Assembly: GCF_001194135.2 (NCBI RefSeq)
Contig: NC_068981.1
Coordinates: forward strand, 159,365,148 to 159,429,147
Origin: Octopus bimaculoides
Lineage: Eukaryota
Length of the DNA stretch: 64,000 nt
Direction of reading: 5' to 3'
Below the pieces are notes generated by a model that saw nothing but the letters and a program-made list of their open reading frames with translations, was not told the origin of the DNA and did not search any database. The translations under genes were made by a program, and so were the position numbers. Shown in pieces: positions 40,355 to 51,849 of the stretch; position 1 is the first letter of the stretch; the number at the start of each line of letters is the position of its first letter.

Positions 40355-40813
40355 TGTGATATGTTAACAAGATACTGAACAACAGCTTCCTTCTACAGAT
40401 TTACCTATCAGTGGTGTGAGTAAAAACTGAATGGAAAATATTCAGTGGTAGTGCTGCACCAACCTAATTAGAAATAGATGTGTGGTGTGGTTCATTTTTT
40501 CCTTTATGTGTTCCAACTCAAAAGTTGTAGCCATACTGGGACATGGCCATTTATGTTGTTGTAGAGATCCTGGAGATGGAACCCAGTGTTTTTCACGTGC
40601 TCCATACTACTGAAAGACAGTATTGAAATTGAACCTTCTTCAATAAAATCAACAGATCTCAAATTTTAAACAGGGCAGTTGAATAAGACTGATCCAGTTT
40701 GTAACTGGTACTATATTCTATCAATCCCCCCACCACATACACACACACACAGATGAAAAGCAAAGTTGACTGAGACAAGATATGAATTCAGAAAGTAAAG
40801 AAGTGTAACTATA

Positions 40814-42104
40814 TTGGGCTGGTAACTAAGTTCCTGCCACTTTTTTCAATTTTGGAATTTATTGCGTTTTTAAATTTTGGAATCTATTTGTTTTCGAGAA
40901 TTCTATTTTTGAATCATTTTGGAATCAATTTTGTTTTTTTTTTCTAGTTTATTTTAGTTAATTTTTGTTTATTTTCAGATCATTAAAATGGAATGTCAAG
41001 TTAAGAAAAACGAGCATTTTCGATACCTCCTCCTTTTTGCTTTTAATCAAAGTTCTAAGGCCACAAAAACTGCTCGCAACATTTGTGCTGTGTATGGAGA
41101 GGGTACCATAGCTGAATGAACCGCTCATGATTGATATGCCAAGTTCAAAAATGGAAATTTTGACCTCAAAGATGCACCTCATTTTGGCCATCCAGTTAAG
41201 TTCAGTGATGAGCGATTAAACCAGCTTTTGCATGAAAATTCTAGTCAAACAAGGGAACTAGCAGAGAAAATGGAATGCTCCCACACTGCTATAGAGAAGC
41301 ATCTTCACTCGATGGGAAAGGTTCAGAAGTATGGTGCATGGGTTCCGCATGCTTTAAGTGACAACAACAAAAATCAACGAGCCACAATCTCCGCTAGTTT
41401 GCTTGCTCGTCACCGCTCAACTCATGGACACAAGCAACGATTTCTTTTCCGAATCATTACTGGTGACGAAAAATGATGCCTATACATCAATATGAAGCAG
41501 CGTAAGGAATGGCTTAGCCCTGGTAAACAAGCGACACCACACGTGAAACAAGATCTTCATCTGCGTAAAACGATGTTGTGCGTATGGTGGGACTGGGAAG
41601 GGATTTTCCATTATGAATTGCTTGAACGGAACCAAACGGTCAACGCGGAACTCTATGTTCAACAGATGGAATGACTCAACATGACTATTCAAGAGAAAAG
41701 ACCTAATTGGCAGCATGGAGTTCTTCTGCTGCACGACAACACCCGCCTTCATGTTGCCAATATGACCAAGGAAGCCATTTAAACGCATGGCTGGGAAGTG
41801 CTGCCACAACCCATCATACTCTCCTGATTCAGCACCAATGGATTTCCACCCCTTTTGATCTCTTTCAATGCTATGCGCGGAGTTTCGTTCAATACTGATG
41901 CAGAATTGAGAGCTTGGTTGGATCAATTTTCCGAGTCGAAATCGGGTGATTTCTACCAAGGTATTGAAAATCTTGTTGAACATTGGGAAGAAGTTGTAAA
42001 CAACAAGGGTGAATACATTATTGATTAATTAGTTGTTATTTTTTATTAAACCTTTTAAAAAATTTTAATTTTAAAAAATGGTGGGAACTTAGTTGCCAAC
42101 CCAA
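40814..42104 (+). mobile_element. Full-length (~1.29 kb) inactivated mariner transposon
   Basis: ~30-bp TIRs (TTGGG(C/T)TGG(T/C)AACTAAGTTCC) with TA flanks. Transposase relic 40988-42028 with WVPHAL, IITGDEK, LLHDN and a YSPD-like motif, disrupted by stops (e.g. TGA 41117) and frameshifts. Confidence 0.92.
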
Positions 42105-42174
42105 TAAACAGTGCAATCCATGCTGTCAAATGCTCCACTGATTTTTCCCACCCAGCACCCAAGCAAAAGCAATA

Positions 42175-43612
42175 ATGTTTTCAAATTTTGGGACAAGGTT
42201 AGCAAATTTAGGGGAAGAGTAAGCTGATTATATCAGCCCCAGTCCTTGACTGGTACATTATTTTATCAATCCAGAAGAGTCAAAAAGGCAAAGTAGACCT
42301 TGATGAAATTTGAACTCAGAACGAAAAGTGTTGGAAGAAATGCTGCTAAGCGTTTTGTCCAGTGTGCCAAAGACTCTGCTAGCTCATTACCTGAATAAGT
42401 AATAACAACAATATTTTCAAATTTTGGCACAAGGCCGGCAATTCTGGGAGTGGGGTAAGTTGATTACATCAACTCCAGTGCTCAACTGGTGCTTATTTTA
42501 TCAACTCCGAAAGAATGAAAGGCAGATGTAAACACAGGTGAAATGCCACTAAGCATTTTCCTTAGCATGCTAACAATTCTGCCTCAATAGGAATAATAAT
42601 AATGGTTTCAAATTTAAGCACAAATTCAGCAGTTTTTTAGGAAGAAGGAGATTAGTTGATTATAGTGGCTTCAATATTTAATTGGTACTTTATTTTGTTG
42701 TCACTGAAGGGATGAAAGGCAAAACTGAATTCAGATTTGAATTTAGAATATAAAGAGCCAGAAGACACACCACAAAGCGTTTTGTCACACTCTACCCATC
42801 TTTCTGCTTTAACAATGATGAGGAGAGAATTTCTATTATTTGCCACAGGGGCATGAGATGAAGGGGACATTACAAGGACAGTTTACAGTTTGTGTGTGGA
42901 CCTTACATAAAAGATGAGGCGAAGAAAGGGAAAAAAGAAGGAAATGTGATAAAAAGTATACATAGTATACAAAATCTGAACACATGGATGATGCAGTCAT
43001 TCTGATACAACAGAGCCTCAAACTAGGGCCAATGAAGGAACCCCACAGGTCCAGTATCACTTTGACTACTAAAGACATCAGCCCTGACTTAACTATTGTT
43101 TTCTGATCTATAGGTGCATGCTTAGAGTAGTTCCATTAATAATAATTCTTTCTATTGTAAGCACAAGGCATGAAATTTGGGGGGAAGGGGCTAATAGATT
43201 ATATTGAATTCAGTGTTCAGCCGGTGCTTATTTTATTGACCCCGAAAGTATGAAAGGCAGAGTCAACCTTGGTAGCATTTGGACTCAGAATGTACAGATG
43301 GATGAAATACCACAAGGTATTTCATCTGGCATGCTAACAATTCTGCCAGCTCACCTTATTATTATTATTATTATTATTACTCCTGCTATAATTAAGGCAG
43401 TGAGCTGGTAGCATCATTAGCATGCCAGGCGAAATACTTAGTGGTGTTTTGTCTACCACTACATTCTGAGTTCAAATTCTGCCGAGATCAACTTCGCTTT
43501 TCATTCTTTCAGGGTTGATAAATTAAGTACCAGTGAAACACTGTAGTCAATGTAATTGACTTAACTCCTCCTCAAAAATTTCAGGCCTTGTGTCTATAGT
43601 AGAAAGGATTAT
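42175..43612. mobile_element. SINE-A cluster (four minus-strand copies, one plus)
   Basis: Copies at ~42175, 42413, 42603, 43145 (-) and 43393 (+). Confidence 0.75.
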
Positions 43613-43919
43613 TATTATTATTTATAATAATAATAATAATATTGAGACAAAAGATTGTCTTAACTGTTATGTCACATGTATTGAGAAGTGAACATTGTCG
43701 CTGTGAAATTTCTTTCCTTTTTCCCCTTTATTTTCTTTGTTTTCTTTTTCATATTTCTTTTCTTTCCTTCTTTCTTTTTTCTCTCTGTCTTTCTTCCCCC
43801 TTTTTTTCTGTCATATGACTCCATAAATGAACAATCCGGTGTCTTTATGCTAATGGCCTACAATGTATACAGTTAGTTTCTTTGCCCTAGGTGTTGGGAA
43901 GACACTTGACAAGAAATGG

Positions 43920-44823
43920 GGATCTTTTCCCTTTGAACAGCAGATCGAGAAATTAATTTTTTGTAACTAAACACTTTCAAACTTCGGACACTGGTAAAAT
44001 GTGTCTTATAAAACATCTTTTACTATTAATGTTGTTGAGAAAAGTTTATATTTTAAAAATTATTTCGTGTTAAAGTTGTCGTATTTCGGTAATTTCAACC
44101 AATCAATGATGTGTATTCAGCTGAATAAAATTACTGCTGTTGTTTATCAACAACAACTATCGGTGGTGAATATTTTGTTTGTCACTGTTATTTATGACAT
44201 CGTTTGTGCGTTTGTACTGGTTTTAGGGTTAGTTTTAGGGTTAGGGTTAGGGTTTTAGATTTAGGGTTAGAGTTAGGATTAGGGTTTTAGAGTTAGAGTT
44301 AAGGTTTTAGGGTTAGGGTTAGGATTTTAGGGTTAGGGTTAGGGTTGGGGTTTTAGGGTTAGAGTTACGGGAAAAAAAATGAAGAAGGGGGGGGGGCAAA
44401 GAAGTTTTTCCGAAAATAGTAGCTGAAAAACAGGGAAAAAAACTAAAAGCAGTAGAAATGCACGAACAATTATGGTGGTGCCATGAAGTAAACATGCTTC
44501 AGATACACTCGTTTATTTATACAAATATAACTGAGATGAAATATGTCATAAATAACAGTAACAAACGAAACATACACTGCTGAAAGTTGTTGTTGACAAT
44601 CAACAGCAGTAATTTTATTCAGCTGAATACACGTCATTGACTGGTTGAAATTACAGAAACACGACAACTTTAACATGAAATAAGTTTGAAAATAGAAACT
44701 TTACTCAACAACAGTAAGAGTAAAAGATGTTTTATATGACCCATTCTACCAGTGTCCAAAGTTTGAAAGTGTCTAGTTACAAAAAATTAATTTTTCGATC
44801 TGCCGTTCAATGAGTAAAGATCC
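43920..44823. mobile_element. 904-bp non-autonomous long-TIR DNA element (Mutator/foldback-like) with an internal telomere-like array
   Basis: ~281-bp imperfect TIRs (43920-44200 and 44543-44823), GGATC..GATCC ends, exact 8-bp TSD AGAAATGG. Confidence 0.85.
44222..44368 (+). repeat. Interstitial (TTAGGG)n/TTTTAGGG variant array
   Basis: Directly visible between the two TIRs. Confidence 0.9.
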
Positions 44824-44871
44824 AGAAATGGAAACAAAATTGAACGAAGAGGATAATGATAATAAAAACAA

Positions 44872-45070
44872 TCCTTTCTACTATAGGCACAAGGCCTGAA
44901 ATTTGGGGGCAGGGAACTAGTCAATTATATCGACCCCAGTGTTTCACTAGTATTTAATTTATCAACCCCTAAAGTCAACCTCACAGAATCTGAACTCAGA
45001 ATGTAATGACGGATGGAATGCCACTAAGCATTTTGCTTGGCATGCTAACAATTCTGCCAGCTCACCACCT

Positions 45071-45110
<40 letters not shown>

Positions 45111-45921
45111 AACCATAATAATAATAATAACAATCCTTTTTTATTTTGGCACAATAGTTTTTGAAGAGAGGGGGAGGTCAATTACATTGACCCCAGTACT
45201 TGACCGGTACTTATTTTACTGACTTTGAAAAGATGAAAGACAAAGTCACCCTCAGCAGAATTTGAACCCAGAATGTAAAGGACCAGAAGAAATGTTGCTA
45301 AGTATTTTGTCTGGTGTACTAACGAATCTGCCATTTTGTTGCCTTGTTAATAATGATAATTCTTTCTACTATAGGCACAAGGCCTGAAATATCTATCAGG
45401 AGGGGAAAAATTGATTATGATTATATCACCCCCAGTTCTCAAATGATACTGGTTTCCTCAACCACAAAAAGACGGAAAGCAAAGTCACACTTTAACACAA
45501 GACCTCACATTTTGTAGTAGGGAGTTTATTTAGGGACACTTCAATCAGCTCAAGTATATAACTGGTTTTATTTTATCACGGCAGGAAGGAATAAAAGGCA
45601 AAGTCAGTCTGGCAGGATTTAACTCTTTAGCATTTAAACCAACCATATCTGGTCAAAATATACACCACCGATAGTTGTTGTTGATAAACAACAGCAGTAA
45701 TTTTATTCAGCTGAATACACATCATTGATTGGTTGAAATTACCGAAATGTTCAAACTGGCCAGATCCTACCTACACTAAAATGTCATTTTAAATATAAAC
45801 AATCACATCACCAAAATCTCAAGGCTACGAGATAATTCATGTTTAATTCAAAACAATGTGAATAAATAAACATTACATTCTGAATTTAACACTAAAGGGT
45901 TAAATTCAGAATACAAGGAGA

Positions 45922-45963
<42 letters not shown>

Positions 45964-46121
45964 TAGAGACAGACAGACAGACAGTACTTATTTAATCGAC
46001 CCCAAAAGGATGAAAGGCTAAGTCGACCTCAGCAGAATTTGAACTCAGAACGTTAAAATGGACGAAATACCACTAAGCATTTCGCCCGGCGTGCTAACGT
46101 TTCTGCCAGCTCACCGCCTTA
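44872..46121 (-). mobile_element. Further SINE-A copies and fragments
   Basis: ~44872-45070, 45133-45345, 45360-45490 and 45985-46121. Confidence 0.7.
45623..45899. mobile_element. piggyBac-like MITE, opposite orientation, with an 86-bp foreign insert
   Basis: TTAA|CTCTTTAGCATT..ACTAAAGGG|TTAA; internally homologous to 38074-38294. Confidence 0.7.
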
Positions 46122-46419
46122 AGTTTCATTCAGTTTCTATCTACCAAATCTACTGACATGACTTTGGTTGGTCCTAAGCTATAGTAGAAGACACTTAGAC
46201 ACTTGCCCAAGGTGCCATGCAGTGGGATTGAACTTGGATCCATATGACTGGGAAAGCAATATCTTACCACACAGCCATGCCTGCACCTATGTTATACAAG
46301 AAATTGCTTTTAAAACTAGCACTGTAATCAACTACATGGTTATATCTGTAAACATTAGTTACTAAAACTTATTGTGGCTATATTTCTATTGAAATATATA
46401 TATATATTAACAACAAAAA

Positions 46420-46930
46420 CAATATTAATACTGTAAGGCAATTTTTATATCCTGCATGGATGTATTCATTAGAATGTTAAATACTGTAGTATTCATCTTG
46501 GAAAGTTCTCTCACATAAACGTACAGTGCTAATAGCACAAACATATATTGTAGCAAACAAAAACTGTCTGGGATGGGTACCTGAACTGTCAGATCACATG
46601 ATTTTAGCATACTGTACATCAACAGTAGAAGGCATGTGGCCCAGTATACCAGCCAAATCTCACTGCCAACGATATCTAGGATAACAGTGACTTTTCAGTC
46701 GCTGATGTCAGAAATAACCAGCAGGCTCATTAAAAAATGAATATTAAGGACAGAAGCAGTAATGATATCAAATGGCAATCTTTATGCCCAACTCAACATG
46801 AAAGCATTATTAGAATGCCAAATGTTGCAGTATTCACTTTGGGAATATATCAAAGACATATATCAAAGCAGACAAGAATCATCTGGTATGGGCACTGGAA
46901 ATGCTAGATCATCTGATTTCAACATACTGT
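46420..46930 (-). mobile_element. Possible hAT transposase C-terminal relic
   Basis: DLAFPV and (frameshifted) STYVCERTFSKM-like segments in the expected order; very decayed. Confidence 0.3.
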
Positions 46931-47546
46931 GTTTCTTCAGTTTAGTTAGTTTTTTTAAACATAACTTAAAAGTTCTTACACAGAATTATGATATAAGGTT
47001 TAATATATATACAAAGAATAAGAGGCAGTTTCAGATGAGTTGGTATCAAAAGAGTTAATAACATATTCTCTAATTTTTGTTCTCTCAGTAAGACTATATT
47101 CTTCCAATATATATATCCTTCATTATTACAAATAAGTAAATAAACTGACATTCTGCTCTTGTTATGAAATGAGTATACACAAAATTGTTTGGATATTATT
47201 TGCTTATAGGCATAGGCATAGTCATGTGATTAAGAAACTCATTTTGCAGCCATGTGGTTTCAGATTCAGTCCCACTCTGTGGCACCTTGAGAAGTGTCTT
47301 CTTCTATAAGCCCCACATGACCAAAGCTTTGTGAGTGGATCTGGTAGATTGAAACTGTGTAGAAGCTCATCAAATATATAACACGTGTAGTCATTTTATT
47401 ATCTTGATCTTATGATATTTACTTTGCATTATATTATACTTATTTATTGTACTTTTAATTATATGTGACAGTGGATTTTCATCGATGAGTTCATAAACCT
47501 TGGTTCTTTTCCCTAATACTATATATTAATATATCTATATATATAA

Positions 47547-47788
47547 ATTACCCAAAGTGTACAGTATTATGTATTCATTACAGCCGATCTTACCAATCAG
47601 TTTTGAGCTAGAGATTCAACAGTGTTAGGTAACAATCCAATTATGTAACCATGCACTCATCAGAGGTAGCCAATAAGAGCAGAGTTACATGATCAGATTG
47701 TTACCCAACAATCCATTGAATCCCTAGTGCAAAATCAATTGGTAAGATCTGTTGTAATGGATATATGATATTGTACATTTTGGATAAT
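47547..47788. repeat. ~240-bp imperfect foldback (old MITE-like hairpin)
   Basis: The arms pair along most of their length, e.g. tattcattacagccgatcttaccaat vs attggtaagatctgttgtaatggata, and gttaggtaacaatcc vs gattgttacccaac. Confidence 0.7.
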
Positions 47789-48939
47789 ATACCCACTCTA
47801 TTAACAGATAAATGAGTGCTTTTTTTTCCTGAGTATGAACTCTTAGGCGACACACACACACACATATGTATGTGTATTGTGTTTTTGTCTTTGTTCCCAA
47901 CCACCACTTCACAACAGGTATTGGTTTGATTACATCCCTGTAACTTAGGAGTTTGCCAAAAGAGATAGTAGAATAAGTACCAGATTAAAAAAAATAAGTA
48001 CTGGGTTCAATTTGTCCAGTTAAACCCTTCAAGTTGGCTGCAATTCAATGACTGAAACAAGTAGCAGATAAATACTATTTTCACAACAATGTTTAACCAT
48101 TAGGTATAAAGATTACTGTTTCTTACATAAACATTAAGCTTGAGAAGTTGTAACATGTATGGTTGTTGTTACTGCTGCTGCTATTGCTGTTTAACCCTAG
48201 GTCGGACCTGACTGAATAAATTTACAATCAACAACATTTCTGCAATTGATTAACATTTGCTGTAACAGGTCATCCAACATGGTTAATACACATAGATAGA
48301 GCAGTCCTAAATGGCACCTTTTAGGGGTATCTAGGACTACATTGTATCTAATGTATTCTTTATTTATTTAAGACTATAGCATGTGACTTGAGAAATATTC
48401 ACTTGTTATTTCTAGCAGCCATGTAGATGCTCCTTTGCATCTACATGCAAGGGATGTTGTTAGTAATGAAAATACAATAATATGATTTCAACTGGAAATT
48501 CAAACTAAGTCACAGACTTAGCTAACACTTCTATCACATCTGACATATGTACAGAGATCATTAATAATTAATATTGAGTAAAATAATTGCTTTTGATATC
48601 ACACACATAGAAAAAGGAGTGGAGGAAATAACACTCTGTCAAGTAGTTGACTGTTAAGGTTATCTATGATTTGAAAGTATATTTGATGGTGAAACAATTA
48701 GTAAATGCTGCACAGATAAATAAAACAATCAAAGCTGACACTGAAGAAAACACCTTCAGTAACTTTATGGAAATGCAAAACAAACATGTTGGTGTTTTAT
48801 AACTGCAAGAATTAACCAGTGAGTCAACTTCTGAAAAAACATGTAGAGCCAACAGAGGTGTTCTTAACAGGGCACAAAATCTAGGAATATCCCAAGAAAA
48901 TACAGTCCTTATTTTTGGCAAAACAAATTGGCTGGTACT

Positions 48940-49306
48940 CTTTTACTCGTTTCAGTCATTTGACTGCAGCCATGCTGGAGCACCGCCTTTACTTATTCTA
49001 TCGGTCTCTTTTGCCGAACCGCTAAGTTATGGGGACGTAAACACACCAGCATCGGTTGTCAAGCAATGTTGGGGGGACAAACACAGACACACAAACATAT
49101 ACACACACATACATACACATATATATATATATATATACAACGGTCTTCTTTCAGTTTCCGTCTACCAAATCCACTCACAAGGCTTTGGTCAGCCCGAGGC
49201 TATAGTAGAAGACACTTGCCCAAGATGCCACGCAGTGGGACTGAACCCAGAACCATGTGATTGGTAAGCAAGCTACTTACCACACAGCCACTCCTGCGCC
49301 TATTTT
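48940..49306 (-). mobile_element. SINE-C, near full length
   Basis: Matches family C; further copies at 49840-50490(+), 51350-51752(-) and 54745-55070(-). Confidence 0.8.
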
Positions 49307-50080
49307 NNNNNNNNNNCCACTCACAAGGCTTTGGTCAGCCCGAGGCTATAGTAGAAGACACTTGCCCAAGATGCCACGCAGTGGGACTGAACCCAGAACC
49401 ATGTGATTGGTAAGCAAGCTACTTACCACACAGCCACTCCTGCGCCTATTTTACATCTGTAAAAGTTAACCAATGAGTCAACCTCTGAGAAACATGTTGA
49501 ACCTCCTGATGTGTTTCTAACAGGGGCCAAACCCTAAAAATATCCCAAGAATATTTTCTCGATACCTATTCTTGGCAGATGTAAATTCATGGTACCTAAG
49601 CTAATAGTTCAATATTTTTCTTACTCTCCCTTTTCACCTCTACATTTTTTTTTTTTTTCCAAAGGCTAAACTTGTAACTGGGAAGTGAAACTAATACCCG
49701 TTTCGTTTGATAGATAAAGTTGATTGTGTACATTAAACTTGTTCAAACACCCAACAAACAGTAAATGACCCAATCTCTAACCAATTAAGGAATTAAAACT
49801 CAATGTGGTGAATGTTTAACAAATATGGAGATATAAGCACAAGTGTGGCTGTGTTGTGAGAAGCTTGCTTCCCAACCACATGGTTCTGGCTTCAGTTCAA
49901 CTGCATGGTACTTTGGGAAAATGTCTTCTACTATAGCTTTGTGAGTGGATTTGGTAGACAGAGACTGAAAGAAGATCATTGTATGTGTGTGTGTATAGTG
50001 AGTGTATGTGTGTGTGTGTGTGTGTGTGTGAGTCTTTGTATCTGTGTTAGTCCTCACCACTGTTTGACAACTGGTGTTGG

Positions 50081-50320
50081 CTTAGAAAATTACTATTTGG
50101 AAATTTCTCAATGAGAGGTATTCAGCAACAATACTCTAAAGTAAAGATTATTTGCCAACATAACACAGCAGTCCTGGTTTAGGACGAATGTTGCTGCAAT
50201 TTAGCCCCAGGAGACATTGTATCGTATAGCCAACTGGAGACGATGTCTCCTGGGGCTAAATTACAGCAATATTCGTCCTAAACCAGGACTGCCATGTTAT
50301 GTTGGCAAATAATCTTTACT
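50081..50320. mobile_element. 240-bp insertion containing an 81-bp-arm inverted repeat, inside a SINE-C copy
   Basis: Arms 50140-50220 and 50240-50320 with a 19-nt spacer; 10-bp TSD CTGGTGTTGG at 50071-50080 and 50321-50330. Confidence 0.8.
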
Positions 50321-51849
50321 CTGGTGTTGGTTTGCTTGCATCCCTATAATTTAGCAGTTCAGCAAAACAGACTGATAGAATAAGTACCAGGCTTAAAAAA
50401 AAGTACTGGGTTTGATTCATTCAACTAAAAACTTTTCACAGTAGTGCCTCAGCATGGCTGCAATCTAATGATTGAAACAAGTAAAAGATAAAAGGTATAA
50501 TGCAAAGAATTCGCATTGGTTCTATTAAAACACATTGAGTTTGGTTACATTTAACAACTAGAATAAGCATGAAAAGAGGAAAAAAGACTAAAAAAAGTAC
50601 TTTGTGGATCTACCATAATTATACTCAAAAAATTAACTCATTTAGAAAGTACACCTGTTCTTAAGAAAATAATGTCCTGCAAATAACAACGGTACCAATC
50701 AGAAAGAGAATATGGACAAAGAGATTTACAATGAAAATTCCTTTTATTATAAAAGAACAGAAATATTACATGAAATTAAGTTTTATGTATTTAATGTAAC
50801 ATTCTGAACTTACACAATAATATTAGAGTGACAAACTCCATGCTAATAAGATTTTTATCTTTAAGTTAATTTCATTTTCAATACAATATTTCAATAGTTT
50901 TACAAATACCACACACACACACACATTAAAACCAACAGCTCGGCTCTCTGGCTTTTTTTTCTATCATTGTTTCCATCTAATAACAATTGTTTTACCAAAA
51001 TAATCAGAAAGAAGGTGGTATTTTCTAAAGCTTAAGGTTGTGATTATAAAAATATTAAAATTAGAAAAGGGGAAAACAATATAAGTTAACAATGAGTAAT
51101 AATTCTTGTTGTTTTAGCTCCATGTGAAACCTATAAGTAAAAGCATTCCTCCCATGACCACTCCGTCGATGTTCAAGGGTATTTAGCATTTACATTATCC
51201 AGTGTGTTCTTTCCAGTTAAGAGTAGTTGGGATGAAATTTGAAGGGGATTTGGATATCATTTCTAGCAAGTCGAGCAACCACATTGATGATCTGTTGTTG
51301 ATCCGGAAAAAGAGAAACATTTGTTTATCTTTATCTTTTACTTGTTTATCTTTTTCTTTTACTTGTTTCAGTCATTGGACAGCCATGCTGGAGCATCACC
51401 TTGAAGTGTTTATAAATTAAATAAATCTCCCCAATACTTATTTCCATTTTTCTTTCTTTCTTATTTTCTTGGGTCTCTTTCGCTGAACAGCTAGGTTACG
51501 GGAACGCAAACAAACCAGTATCGGTTATCAAGAGGGGGCAGGAGACACAGACACACATAGATAGATAGATAGATAGATAGATAGATCGATACAGCAGGGT
51601 TCTACACGGCTTCCATCTACCAAGCTCATTCACATTGGTCGGCCAGGAGCTACAGTAAAAGACACTTGACCAAGATACCACGCAGTGGGACTGAACCACA
51701 AAGTACGTGGTTGCAAAGCGAGCTTCTAAACCAGACAGCCGTGCCAGTGCTTATGTTGAATGTAGTTAATAAATAAATATCTCAAGAAACATCTTAATAT
51801 TCCATTAACTCACAAAGATACCATTATATTGTTCAGTGATATCACCTAA

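Noticed and set aside
49171-49452. Perfect 136-bp direct repeat (49171-49306 and 49317-49452)
   Set aside because: Identical copies on either side of a 10-N gap indicate an unmerged contig overlap, not biology.
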